Virus record (IMG/VR): IMGVR_UViG_3300032250_000707
Location: 1 to 54,556 of that record
Reading direction: 5' to 3' (one strand)
Source of the DNA: a virus
Lineage: Duplodnaviria > Caudoviricetes
Length of the DNA: 54,556 bases
Shown here: positions 33,864 to 42,788 of the stretch, one piece after another
Numbering within the stretch: the first letter of the stretch is position 1
Layout: each line of letters opens with the position of its first letter
Position numbers and translations under genes: made by a program
Notes under the pieces: model-generated
Databases searched by the model: none
Seen by the model: only the letters and a program-made list of their open reading frames with translations
What the model was told of the DNA's origin: nothing

Positions 33864-34049
33864 ATGTCCACGCAATACAAAATCGAAGAGCATTAGGATC
33901 CTTCTGGAGTCATCACTGCCGAAAGCAACCCGGTTCATGAGTTCAATCTATGGAAAGACGCTGCGAAAAATGATCCAAAATCATGGTCAGGACATGAGTT
34001 TTCCTTGGCGGATTTTGAATCGTTTATTGAGAAGCTTAAAGAAAACTAA
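33864..34049 (+). pseudogene. Small ORF interrupted by in-frame TAG at 33894-33896
   Basis: MSTQYKIEEH*DPSGVIT...FIEKLKEN*; typical A/C leader; fills the gap exactly. Confidence 0.45.
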
Positions 34050-34065
34050 CCACACAACACACCCC

Positions 34066-34482
34066 ATGACCAAACCCACCCCACTAGAAAGCGAAGAGAA
34101 CCTAGATGTCCGCATCATGATCAATGAGCTGACAGGCCATACCAACAAGTCCCCAGAGCAGCTCCGCCTCGAGCTGGAGCGCGAGCTGGCAGCAGAACCT
34201 CCAGCCACCAAGCTCGATCCCGCCAATCTCCCCAAGGATCAGTGCTGGGTCGAGGTTCCAGGCAAGGTCAAGGTCGCCCTAGGCCGCATCATCGCCGACA
34301 ACGACCTCCCAATCGACGATCTCACCCGCGACTGGCTGGAGGCCGAGGTCGCCTTTCACAACGGCGTCCCCGCCGAGCACATCGCCGCCGATGGCTGCAT
34401 CATCACTACCGGAAAGTCCTGGATCTATGTCCCCGAGAGCGCCCGCGCCAATACCGGCTTCACCTTCTATCCCCAACCGTAA
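34066..34482 (+). CDS. Hypothetical protein (138 aa, MTKPTPL)
   Basis: Start refined by CACACAACACACCCC leader. Confidence 0.65.
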   Translation: MTKPTPLESEENLDVRIMINELTGHTNKSPEQLRLELERELAAEPPATKLDPANLPKDQCWVEVPGKVKVALGRIIADNDLPIDDLTRDWLEAEVAFHNGVPAEHIAADGCIITTGKSWIYVPESARANTGFTFYPQP

Positions 34483-34503
34483 CCACCAACCCACCACCAC
34501 CCC

Positions 34504-34722
34504 ATGAAAACAGAGCCACTATTCGACAAGGAAACCCACCAGCTCATCATCGCCGTGATCCTGATCGGCGTCGGAATCGCCATGATCACCCGCGGATCAC
34601 GTCAGGGCAATATCCTGCTCGGACTCGGCGTGACGCTGATCTCCCGCTATTTCTCGCTGGAGCAGCGCATTGAGGAGTTTACCGAGGGGGTCTTTTCAAT
34701 CATCACCCCGAAGCAGGTGTAG
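34504..34722 (+). CDS. Small membrane protein (72 aa)
   Basis: Two hydrophobic helices; A/C leader. Confidence 0.65.
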   Translation: MKTEPLFDKETHQLIIAVILIGVGIAMITRGSRQGNILLGLGVTLISRYFSLEQRIEEFTEGVFSIITPKQV

Positions 34723-34742
34723 GATCGCCACCCATCACCTCG

Positions 34743-35021
34743 ATGAAGACCTGTATCTTCAGGGGGCATCGCATGCCAAACCCCTTCACACTCCAGTGTC
34801 CTCAGCACCACTGGAATGATCTTTTGGGAAAATCGATCGACGGGGAATTTCTTATCACGATAGGAGTATGGAGACCCCAATCCGAAAATGTCTTGGAACG
34901 GATCGGATATGTGGAAGTCCATCACATGGGACCCCTGGACCAAATCCTCTACCCACCCTACACGGGTCCGGCGCCGATCGCCTCCCCCTCCATAGAGGAC
35001 CCTAGCTTCAAGATCTGCTGA
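34743..35021 (+). CDS. Hypothetical protein; 3' end overlaps the terminase 3' end
   Basis: Last plus-strand ORF of the island. Confidence 0.4.
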   Translation: MKTCIFRGHRMPNPFTLQCPQHHWNDLLGKSIDGEFLITIGVWRPQSENVLERIGYVEVHHMGPLDQILYPPYTGPAPIASPSIEDPSFKIC

Positions 35022-36835
35022 TCGTTGTTGAGTGATCGCATCGTCTCGTCCTCAAGCACTCCTCCACTGAGGGCCATCACGATCTGCATGCACTCGCAAT
35101 CCCACAAGTGGTTGGCGCGGCGGAAGGCCTTCCAGTAGTAGATGAGCCGTCCGGTTCGGGTTTCTTTGGGAACGCGCCGCTCGGCATTCATTTGGTGGAC
35201 GTAATCCTTGGTGACTTGTGCATGCACATGCCATCGGGGCGGATTGGCACCGCGGAGCGCCGTCAGGCGGTCTTTGATCCGGTCGGTACACCAGTAGCGG
35301 TATTTGGCCCGGGTGTTGTTCTCGTTCTGGTGAATCGTTCCCAGATGAGGATCCCTGAACTGCACCGGCGAGTATTCCCTGACAACCCGCAGGCCCGGCC
35401 CCAGGGTGTGCGGGTATCCGTTGCGATCCTGTCCCCAGAGTCCTCGCCAGCCGTATTTGACCAGCAGCGCGGCCACCATGTTCGGCCGGTGCGCCATATC
35501 AAGGCCGACCCTCTGCGGATCCACTCCATAGTCTTTCTGCAGCTTTTCGAGTTCCTCCGGGGTATCGACCCGATCTGCAAAGAGGAGCCAGCTTTCCTGC
35601 CCATTGGGGCCATTGGGATGCCCCCAGCTCCGCACAACAGCCCAGAAGTGGCCTTCCTGCACGTCGACCGTCATGATCGGGATCTTCTTATCGGGTAGAT
35701 CGGAGACCGTGTAGATGGTGGTCGGGATCGGCTCGTCGTCGACGGCCTGCTCGGAGTCAAATGGCTCGGCCAGCGTCGAGTTGATGAAGTTCTGCCTCAG
35801 GGTCATGCTCCCTTTGGTCTGGAGCCACTTGGCAGCCAAGAGTCCCCAATGGCATTCCTTCAAGGGGGCGTAGAGCGAATTGAGGTGGTAGCTTCGGAAT
35901 CCGCGGAGCGGATTGGGGTTGGTAGCGCGCCATTCGCCACCTAGGAGCATAACCTCCTTCTGATGGTTGTAGATTTTCTGGTCGCACACCTGGCAGCGGT
36001 AAAACGTATTACGGATGACTTTTTCCAGATCCCAATCACCGGCGGCATTTTTGCTCTCAAACTCGTCTTTGTCCCACCACCGGACTTGCTTCCAGTTGAG
36101 CCGGATCTTTTCCCCACAACAGGGGCAAGGCGTGTGGAAGTATCTCTGATCCCCTTTCAGAAACTCCCCCCAAATCACGCCGTCCGTTGTCGTAGGAGTG
36201 CTGGTTTTGACGCGCAGCGGGTAGTGGAAGCTCTTGGAGCGCTCTTCCGCGTTCTGAAGCGCACCCGCCTCTCGCTCGGTCCTCAGTTTGAATTTGTCGG
36301 TCTCATCCATGACGATGAAGCCGGCGGGGTGGGATGCCAGGTTGGCCGGAGAGTTACTGCCTACGAACTTCAACGATGCCCTGGCAAAGGTCTGTCCGCA
36401 GGTCGTGTAGAGATGCCGGTCCTCGGGTTTTTGAGCGCGAAGCGGAGGGCAATCCTCCACGTATGGCCGCCAACGATTGGTGGAGAACGTCCTGGCCAGA
36501 TCCAGGTTAGGCATGACCCACAGGAGGTTCATCGGATCGTTACAGAGCTTCCAGGCTGCCCCACCCATGATCGTCATGGTTTTGGCTGTCTGAGTGCCGA
36601 AACAGAGCACCAGATCGGTGACCGACTTGTCTCGGAAGCATTCCAGAGGCTCACGGACATAGGGCCTGGAATCCGTGCGAAAGGCCCCAGGCGTGGCCGT
36701 TTCCCGCTCCGTCAAAACAACATGACGCTCCAGCCACTGCCAGACAGGAATATCTTCCGGCTGCGACAGCATATCCCACATGGCCGCTTCAACGGCCGCG
36801 GATGCCTCAGGGCTACTTTGAATCCGGTGGGCCAT
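34958..36835 (-). CDS. terL: Terminase large subunit, lambda GpA family (625 aa)
   Basis: RPYVREPL, GTQTAKT (Walker A variant), MDETDK (Walker B), TSTPT, GDQR...CPCC, TVDVQ, NHLWDCE. Confidence 0.95.
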   Translation of the reverse strand: MAHRIQSSPEASAAVEAAMWDMLSQPEDIPVWQWLERHVVLTERETATPGAFRTDSRPYVREPLECFRDKSVTDLVLCFGTQTAKTMTIMGGAAWKLCNDPMNLLWVMPNLDLARTFSTNRWRPYVEDCPPLRAQKPEDRHLYTTCGQTFARASLKFVGSNSPANLASHPAGFIVMDETDKFKLRTEREAGALQNAEERSKSFHYPLRVKTSTPTTTDGVIWGEFLKGDQRYFHTPCPCCGEKIRLNWKQVRWWDKDEFESKNAAGDWDLEKVIRNTFYRCQVCDQKIYNHQKEVMLLGGEWRATNPNPLRGFRSYHLNSLYAPLKECHWGLLAAKWLQTKGSMTLRQNFINSTLAEPFDSEQAVDDEPIPTTIYTVSDLPDKKIPIMTVDVQEGHFWAVVRSWGHPNGPNGQESWLLFADRVDTPEELEKLQKDYGVDPQRVGLDMAHRPNMVAALLVKYGWRGLWGQDRNGYPHTLGPGLRVVREYSPVQFRDPHLGTIHQNENNTRAKYRYWCTDRIKDRLTALRGANPPRWHVHAQVTKDYVHQMNAERRVPKETRTGRLIYYWKAFRRANHLWDCECMQIVMALSGGVLEDETMRSLNNDQQILKLGSSMEGEAIGAGPV

Positions 36836-37517
36836 GAGTCAGAGCTTTTTGGTAGCTCGTTTGGCCCTCTAAAATTGCTGCTTCGACCTCCTCCGAGATC
36901 ACTTTTTCCGCTAAAACGTCATCGAGTGGGTTAGCCTTGGATGCACACCGCTTCCCAACGGCCCTAAGGCGAGTCAGGAGAGGCCCCCAGGCCCTCCGAA
37001 TGATCTCTTTGGAGTCTTCTATCGAAAGTAACTGCCCGCGCTTTTTCTGAAGCTCCAGGACCGCCTCCTCCATCTCGATACGGTTGGCGCTGGCCTTGTT
37101 GTAGGCATTGATGGCCGTCACGAGCTTGTCGGCATGCTTTCCGGAACGGCACTCCTGGACAACTTCAGCCGCCTGCTCCTCCACCTCAATCGCCTGCTTT
37201 AGCGCCTTCTCAATCGTGTTGAGCCGAGGCCTCTTCCTCGGATACCCCCCGAACCCCGGTTGTTGGTTTGTTTGAAAATTTACCCCTGCACCTTGGCTTT
37301 CCGGGTTTTCAGGATCGGCTTGGAATGATTCGGGGCGAGACCGACCCGAGCGATACCCCACCCCCAACTTGGCATTCGCATTCCTCCACTCGGTTGCCGA
37401 CTCGAGCGAATCCACGGGACACCCCCGGGTTATGAGCTTGTAAACGTAGGCCCTGGACGTTCCCCATGCCTGGGCAATGACTGGAACTAGACTTCTTGAA
37501 TGGGAACCTGATGTCAC
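36813..37517 (-). CDS. terS: Terminase small subunit (Nu1-like, N-terminal HTH)
   Basis: IAQAWGTSRAYVYKLITRGCP...A..W; LEL.K.RGQL; overlaps terL start; GTG 16 nt after TTGAC. Confidence 0.8.
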   Translation of the reverse strand: MTSGSHSRSLVPVIAQAWGTSRAYVYKLITRGCPVDSLESATEWRNANAKLGVGYRSGRSRPESFQADPENPESQGAGVNFQTNQQPGFGGYPRKRPRLNTIEKALKQAIEVEEQAAEVVQECRSGKHADKLVTAINAYNKASANRIEMEEAVLELQKKRGQLLSIEDSKEIIRRAWGPLLTRLRAVGKRCASKANPLDDVLAEKVISEEVEAAILEGQTSYQKALTHGPPDSK

Positions 37518-37818
37518 AACCTAACTGCAACTTGTCAACTAATCAGTCACACACAAAGCAACTTGACAATGGCTAAGGCCTAACCTGTTGAAACCTATTG
37601 TAAATAGATTCCTTTACCACCATGGTGGTGACACTTCTATGCAGAGGTGATGCTCAGGTATCGGCTCGGACCATGACATTCGGCAGGCGAGATGGCGCCA
37701 AGGTCGGCGATCGATGAGCAATGGTAGCAGCGGTGGCTCAGGTCATCCCCAAGATTCTCCAGGAGAAATACACGCTTTTTGATTTCCGCACCTTTTTCAC
37801 CCAAACAAACACCATACT

Positions 37819-37847
37819 ACCTATGCAACCTATGCAACCTTTGCAAG
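37819..37847. repeat. 9-bp tandem repeat ACCTATGCA x2 plus ACCTTTGCA
   Basis: Read directly; non-coding gap between helicase and terS. Confidence 0.7.
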
Positions 37848-38159
37848 GGGGGATACAAATCCAGCATTGAAAGCGACTTCCGACGAGCACAGGTTGGGCA
37901 ACGACCTTCACATGACCTGTGCAAAATAGCCATAAAATGCACGTTCTGAGCCATAGTGACTCGGAAAACAGCGTGATCGGGCCAATGACGACCCATCCAG
38001 TCGAACGTACTGTTTTTCACCATCGTCGCACCGCGACGACTATTCTCATTAAAGATAACGTCCACATATTTAACATAGGTTCGCAAGGTAGTTAGACCCA
38101 GAAAATGGGTCGCAGGGAAAGCTTGGAAAAGCGTGAGATCTCCGCGTGATTCGGCGGAT

Positions 38160-38327
38160 TTATTGCCTTGAAGCGGGAAGCGTAATGACTGCGGCTCCTG
38201 AGTGGGCAGCCTTGATGCCGTCCACATAGCCCCGGGAGTACGAGGCCAGATCGCGATCATGTTGATCAGAGAGATGGCTGCAGCCGGAAGCCAGCAAAGC
38301 CATGGAAACGAGAAAGAGCCTGCGCAT
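38160..38327 (-). CDS. Small lipoprotein (55 aa)
   Basis: MRRLFLVSMALLASG|C lipobox. Confidence 0.55.
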   Translation of the reverse strand: MRRLFLVSMALLASGCSHLSDQHDRDLASYSRGYVDGIKAAHSGAAVITLPASRQ

Positions 38328-38364
38328 GGAATAACCCATGACACAGGCTCTCGTGACTCGCAAC

Positions 38365-39615
38365 CTAGCCTACGGATGCCTCAACAGGTGCGGCTACTGC
38401 TTCTGTATCGACAGGCTCCTCGATAAAGTAACGCTTCTGGCGCCCCTTCCCTGATGATCCAAAGAGGATTGATGCCCCCGAGGCCATTCGGAACGACCTG
38501 GGACGAGCCCTCAGATCCACATTGGGGCCATAGCGCCCCAGTAGCAGGCCGAATGAAGACTTTGCCTTGGCTAAGAGCATGAAGTCGCCATCCGACATAC
38601 GGCCATCGAGCAGCCAGGAGAAAAGGTCATTCTCGTGGGCGGCATTGACCACCTCCTGGAAGGTGAACTCACGGCGCGAGGTGAACATCCCCTCCATCAG
38701 CACCGAGAGAAGCTCCCGGAGCTGGCGATCCTCATTGTTACCGCCAACGGCTAACTGAGGAGCCTCCAAGCAGTTGCCGAAGCCTGCATGAGCAACGATC
38801 CCACCGATCAGCTCCCCCCATTGCTCGAAGCCCAGCTTCGGCTTAAAGCCAAACGAAGAGGCCGTAGGGCGACCGGCCGCATGCCACGAGCGGACACAGC
38901 CCCAGATAGCCGAGAGAATATCGATCCGATTCTCCCGCTGCATCAGCCAGGCATCGTCGATCACGAACGGCGGCTTACGATCCTGCACATCGCCCTCCGA
39001 GACCTGCAGATCACAGAAGAGAAAGCGATGAGACAAATCCGGCGAAACCATGAGATCATTCCCCGTGACAAAGAGAGAAATCTTATTGGGAGCGACGACG
39101 ATCTCCGAGCTGCCGAGCACACGGGCCTCCCAGAAGGGAGTCGTCAGCAGGGCCTCCAGAGCCTGGGACGAAAGATAACCCCGCACATTATCGAAGCAGA
39201 CATAGTTCGAGGCCGAGATCACGGCCGCATCGATACGCTTCACCAGCTCCTCCTCCTTGGCATGCCACGACTGGGCGACAAAGCGACCATAGATCGGAAC
39301 GATCGCCACCTTGGCTAGAAGGGACTTACCACTGCGCTGGGAGTTAGCGTTGAAGATAAATCCCATACGCGAAGCCCCATCGGGAAGGAGGCCGACACAG
39401 AACTGGGCAACCATCGCGGCAACCTGGACAGCCATCGAGCGACAATTCTCATCCGGCCGCAGCCGCTCGCCCTTACGCTCCGCAAAGGGGAACTCGCGCA
39501 GCAGGGCACGGAGATAGACAGTGGAGGTATCCAGATCCCAGTCATGGTAGAACTGGTTAGCTCCACCATCCTTTGGGGGTTCGGGGGAGACAGAGGGTGA
39601 ATCAGAGGTAGTCAT
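38365..39615 (-). CDS. Primase-associated P-loop helicase, C-terminal ATPase part (416 aa)
   Basis: LLREFPF, ANSQRSGKSLL (Walker A), VCFDN (Walker B), VTGN, DLSHR. Confidence 0.8.
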   Translation of the reverse strand: MTTSDSPSVSPEPPKDGGANQFYHDWDLDTSTVYLRALLREFPFAERKGERLRPDENCRSMAVQVAAMVAQFCVGLLPDGASRMGFIFNANSQRSGKSLLAKVAIVPIYGRFVAQSWHAKEEELVKRIDAAVISASNYVCFDNVRGYLSSQALEALLTTPFWEARVLGSSEIVVAPNKISLFVTGNDLMVSPDLSHRFLFCDLQVSEGDVQDRKPPFVIDDAWLMQRENRIDILSAIWGCVRSWHAAGRPTASSFGFKPKLGFEQWGELIGGIVAHAGFGNCLEAPQLAVGGNNEDRQLRELLSVLMEGMFTSRREFTFQEVVNAAHENDLFSWLLDGRMSDGDFMLLAKAKSSFGLLLGRYGPNVDLRARPRSFRMASGASILFGSSGKGRQKRYFIEEPVDTEAVAAPVEASVG

Positions 39616-39830
39616 TGTTTTTGATGGAGTTGTGAAATTGGGCGCCGGCAGAACCAGCAGATCTTCTTTTGAACGGCGAGCTTCAGGGCTTTTTGATTAT
39701 CGACTTTGACCTCGAAACGGCCGCATGAGGGGAAGAGGGATCCTGATCTTGGAACTATCTCTTCCCGCCAGTCGCATTCGCCTATCCCATCGCGGGCTTG
39801 CCACGACATATATCGAGCATAAACAGTCAT
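39612..39830 (-). CDS. Hypothetical Cys-containing protein (72 aa)
   Basis: ATGA-coupled chain. Confidence 0.55.
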   Translation of the reverse strand: MTVYARYMSWQARDGIGECDWREEIVPRSGSLFPSCGRFEVKVDNQKALKLAVQKKICWFCRRPISQLHQKQ

Positions 39831-40096
39831 TGTTTTGTTGGAGTTAGGAATTCTAATTGGGCGCGGATTAACTTTTGTTTTTCCTGCCCTGATAGCCAGT
39901 GAGGTTCGATACTTAATGATTCCACCAGCAGCTCGCGGAGCTTCTGGTTTTCCGCCGCCTCCTTCTGCCGTAGCTCGCGCTCGCGGCAGAGAGGGAATTG
40001 GGTTGCTCCCTCCTCAGTTCCAAACCCGCACGCATACTCTTGCAGGTTGTCCATTAATTTAGCCCCGCAGTGAGGGCATTTGTCGAGATTGTTCAT
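39827..40096 (-). CDS. Zinc-finger protein, paralog of 41966..42217 (89 aa)
   Basis: CPHCGA...YACG...LCRERELRQK. Confidence 0.65.
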   Translation of the reverse strand: MNNLDKCPHCGAKLMDNLQEYACGFGTEEGATQFPLCRERELRQKEAAENQKLRELLVESLSIEPHWLSGQEKQKLIRAQLEFLTPTKQ

Positions 40097-40410
40097 TTGA
40101 TTAGTTTAGGTGGAAGGTTGGAGTCTGTGATCTTTGCCCACCACGACCATGATTCTGGTCCCCAAGCGTCGTAGGCATCTCCTGTTGTGACATCCGTTAC
40201 GGAGAAATAATCTTCGTCACACGAGATGTGAACCAGAGCTACTTCTCGGTCATTGTTGCTAAGATCTACAACGATCAGAAGCATTTCGCTGTCCCACCAT
40301 AGGGCGGTTCCGTCATCACTGCATCCAGCGGTTCCGACGCCCCCAAGAGCAGGGCCTTTGTGCCATTCCAAAGCAGAGGTCATAAGAAAAGGCGTGGTTT
40401 CAGCACTCAT
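40093..40410 (-). CDS. Hypothetical protein (105 aa, MSAETTP)
   Basis: SD AGGAGG plus ATGA overlap. Confidence 0.6.
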   Translation of the reverse strand: MSAETTPFLMTSALEWHKGPALGGVGTAGCSDDGTALWWDSEMLLIVVDLSNNDREVALVHISCDEDYFSVTDVTTGDAYDAWGPESWSWWAKITDSNLPPKLIK

Positions 40411-40760
40411 GCAGCCTCCTTTCTGAACTTTTGTATCTTCAACCATTCACCAAAGCTCTCCGCGCAATCTTGCTTTAAATACTCACGATAGCGCATTGCA
40501 GATCGGGAACGCTTTGGAGGCAACGGACTGGAAAAGATCATGGCATCAATTCCTTTAGGAGTGACACAAAAGCAGTGCATTCCAGAGCACATTGGCTGCA
40601 CTCCGAAATCTTCCATCAACCCCATTCCAACAAGCTCATTGCAGTCGTTGAAATCCTTAGATCCTGGGCCAGTAACAAATCGGTTTCTGTATTGCTCCCC
40701 ATGACCGTACTTATCAACACCAAGGGAGTGTTGCAGGATGTGTAGCAGATCCGGCTTCAT
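40407..40760 (-). CDS. Phage hypothetical protein (117 aa)
   Basis: LHILQHSLG.D.YG...YRN.FV...LV..GLM...VT..G. Confidence 0.7.
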   Translation of the reverse strand: MKPDLLHILQHSLGVDKYGHGEQYRNRFVTGPGSKDFNDCNELVGMGLMEDFGVQPMCSGMHCFCVTPKGIDAMIFSSPLPPKRSRSAMRYREYLKQDCAESFGEWLKIQKFRKEAA

Positions 40761-40969
40761 TTACCCTCCTTTCTGGCTGCAATCTTTTCCCTGATTGATT
40801 CAGGCATATCGTATTGCAGCGCCAGAGACACCGGGAGCGCTTGGTCTTCAAATTCCCCATCCTTGACTTGGCGGAGAGTTACCCAGTTGTGAGCGGCATT
40901 CCTGTAATGCAACCACCCCGCATGCACGAGGTAGGGGCGGTGACAATGATCTATGAAAATGAAGCTCAT
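40757..40969 (-). CDS. Hypothetical protein (70 aa)
   Basis: Coupled chain. Confidence 0.6.
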   Translation of the reverse strand: MSFIFIDHCHRPYLVHAGWLHYRNAAHNWVTLRQVKDGEFEDQALPVSLALQYDMPESIREKIAARKEGK

Positions 40970-41295
40970 TCCCCCTCCTCCTCGCGGCCAGCGATTAGAT
41001 CTACGATCCGATCCAACTTTTTAAAAATGATCTGACGCGACCCCCTGCATTCCAGGGCAATGTCCCCTTTAAGCTCCCAGATGAGTTCTGTGATCTCCTC
41101 GCCTGTTTCATTGAAGAGGCTTTTCTCAATCCTTCTCTTGATTTCTTCCGTGGCGATAGCCATGGCCCCTGGGGCACGCATATCAGCAATAACGGAGGCT
41201 CCGAACGTGATTTCCCCGATTACAGTCTGATGATCATGGTAATTGCGTGGAGTTGTGCGAATCCGGATTGCATTCCTGACTTCTTTTCGTTTCAT
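40966..41295 (-). CDS. Hypothetical protein (109 aa)
   Basis: Coupled chain. Confidence 0.6.
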   Translation of the reverse strand: MKRKEVRNAIRIRTTPRNYHDHQTVIGEITFGASVIADMRAPGAMAIATEEIKRRIEKSLFNETGEEITELIWELKGDIALECRGSRQIIFKKLDRIVDLIAGREEEGE

Positions 41296-41302
41296 AGTTT
41301 TA

Positions 41303-41566
41303 TTAGTTATTCGTATTCACAGGCCTTGAACTGGCGATGGGGGTTAGCCTAATGGTTTCACCGAGAGTCTTGTCCTCCTTCAGTTTCGCGATTTCATTGA
41401 GCAAGTAGCGATTGATCTCCTCTTGGATTCGCATCCATGAGTGGAGGTCATCGGGAGCTTTGCGTGATGGCCTCACGCAATGACAGATTGGGCCGCCCCA
41501 TGACGTAACCCCCTTGAGGATGGCGCCCCCGCATTCAGGGCAGCAGTCGATGCTTGAGTTAATCAC
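41303..41566 (-). CDS. Hypothetical zinc-binding protein (87 aa)
   Basis: CPECGG...CHC; GTGA overlap. Confidence 0.55.
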   Translation of the reverse strand: MINSSIDCCPECGGAILKGVTSWGGPICHCVRPSRKAPDDLHSWMRIQEEINRYLLNEIAKLKEDKTLGETIRLTPIASSRPVNTNN

Positions 41567-41766
41567 TTCAGCCTCCTCCCTGTGTAGTAGTGATAGAGGA
41601 GCTGGAAAGCCTTATTGAGGGCCTGTTGATCCTCGATGTGGGCATGCTCGTCGGGAGTGGATTTGAGCCTCTTATAGGACTCGGCAATCGAGACAGCGAC
41701 GATCTGATCTTCCTGATAGCCATCGATCTCGAATTCTAAGTAGAGCGGTTTTCTAGGTTTTTTCAT
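41563..41766 (-). CDS. Hypothetical protein (67 aa, MKKPRK)
   Basis: Start refined to ATGA overlap. Confidence 0.6.
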   Translation of the reverse strand: MKKPRKPLYLEFEIDGYQEDQIVAVSIAESYKRLKSTPDEHAHIEDQQALNKAFQLLYHYYTGRRLK

Positions 41767-41969
41767 GATTTGGGGGTTGGTTTCTTGCGGCGATTCCAGT
41801 CGCGGATCGCTTGAGACTTGGTTTTGACCGGGGCAGTTTTCACCCCACACTCACACCAGACGGCGAAGGAGTAATAGGAGGCGTCATAGCCTGCGCCGGA
41901 TTCGTAAATATCGTCCTTGCTCGGCTGGGATCCGCAGAAAGGACATGGCTTGAGTTGCACGTCGCTCAT
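41763..41969 (-). CDS. Lar-family restriction alleviation protein (68 aa)
   Basis: LKPCPFCG...V.CECG..T......AI..WNRR signature. Confidence 0.85.
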   Translation of the reverse strand: MSDVQLKPCPFCGSQPSKDDIYESGAGYDASYYSFAVWCECGVKTAPVKTKSQAIRDWNRRKKPTPKS

Positions 41970-42217
41970 TTCATTAGTTCTTCTTCTATGAGCTTGATGG
42001 TTTCTGGAAATCGCTCAGTGACTGCAACTAACAGGGTCGCAGCTCGCTCAAGCTCGACTTCAAGCTTCTGTCTAGCTTCCCGCTCGCGGCAGAGAATTGA
42101 ACGCGAATTGTGGACAGGATCGAGATCGTGCTTAACCGAGAAGCACGCGTAAGTCCGACCCCACGAGCCAACGTTTTCCACTTCAGCCCCGCAGTGGGGG
42201 CAGTTGTCAGCACTCAT
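41966..42217 (-). CDS. Zinc-finger protein, paralog of 39827..40096 (83 aa)
   Basis: CPHCGA...YACF...LCREREARQK. Confidence 0.65.
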   Translation of the reverse strand: MSADNCPHCGAEVENVGSWGRTYACFSVKHDLDPVHNSRSILCREREARQKLEVELERAATLLVAVTERFPETIKLIEEELMK

Positions 42218-42540
42218 TTTCCATTCCTCCCTGCGTAGACATGGAGCTGGATCATCTTTTTCATTCCGAGCTTCAGTCGGATATTATTCCGATGGACTTG
42301 GATCGTCCGAGGGCTAATCCCGAGACGGTCCGCACTCTGCTGGGTTGTGTAGCCGCTGGAGATATGGCTAAGGATCTCCTGCTCGCGCTCCGTAAGCTTG
42401 GATTCCCTGGTCTTGGAGTTCTTGATCGTGAACTCGCATCCATCCGGCTGACGGCGAGCAAAAGCAGACAGCAGAGCCAGATAAGCAGTGCCCCTGCTTC
42501 CATCGGTTTTGACGGCGATCTGGAATTGATACTGCTTCAC
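42214..42540 (-). CDS. LuxR-type HTH protein (108 aa)
   Basis: LTEREQEILSHISSGYTTQQSADRLGISPRTIQVHRNNIRLKLG; GTG start with SD. Confidence 0.85.
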   Translation of the reverse strand: MKQYQFQIAVKTDGSRGTAYLALLSAFARRQPDGCEFTIKNSKTRESKLTEREQEILSHISSGYTTQQSADRLGISPRTIQVHRNNIRLKLGMKKMIQLHVYAGRNGK

Positions 42541-42788
42541 AGGGCACCTCCTGCGCTTTCGCGATGGCCCGGACATCCGGTATCGTAGCAAAACCCATCG
42601 CAAGGCTCACCCACGGGGAGCACTTTTTTCCCATTGTGAAGTTGAAGACGGAGCCAATCGCGGACATAGCGACCGCTCTGCTTGTTTCCATTTTCGTCTC
42701 GGAAAAGGTTTCGGAGATCTCTATCCGGCCAGCGAAGCACGCCTTCGATGCACACGCACATGTGGAATGTTCTGGTAACGACGCTCAT
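42537..42788 (-). CDS. Phage hypothetical protein (83 aa)
   Basis: HMC..I.G.L...G.KVLP.G.PCDGF.Y.TGCPGH. Confidence 0.7.
   Translation of the reverse strand: MSVVTRTFHMCVCIEGVLRWPDRDLRNLFRDENGNKQSGRYVRDWLRLQLHNGKKVLPVGEPCDGFCYDTGCPGHRESAGGAL

Noticed and set aside
33894-33896. Genome-wide TAG recoding
   Set aside because: Major genes are intact under code 11 and several end in TAG; no suppressor tRNA seen
37817-38344. 175-aa minus-strand ORF downstream of the helicase
   Set aside because: No motif; overlaps the better-supported lipoprotein and runs through tandem repeats
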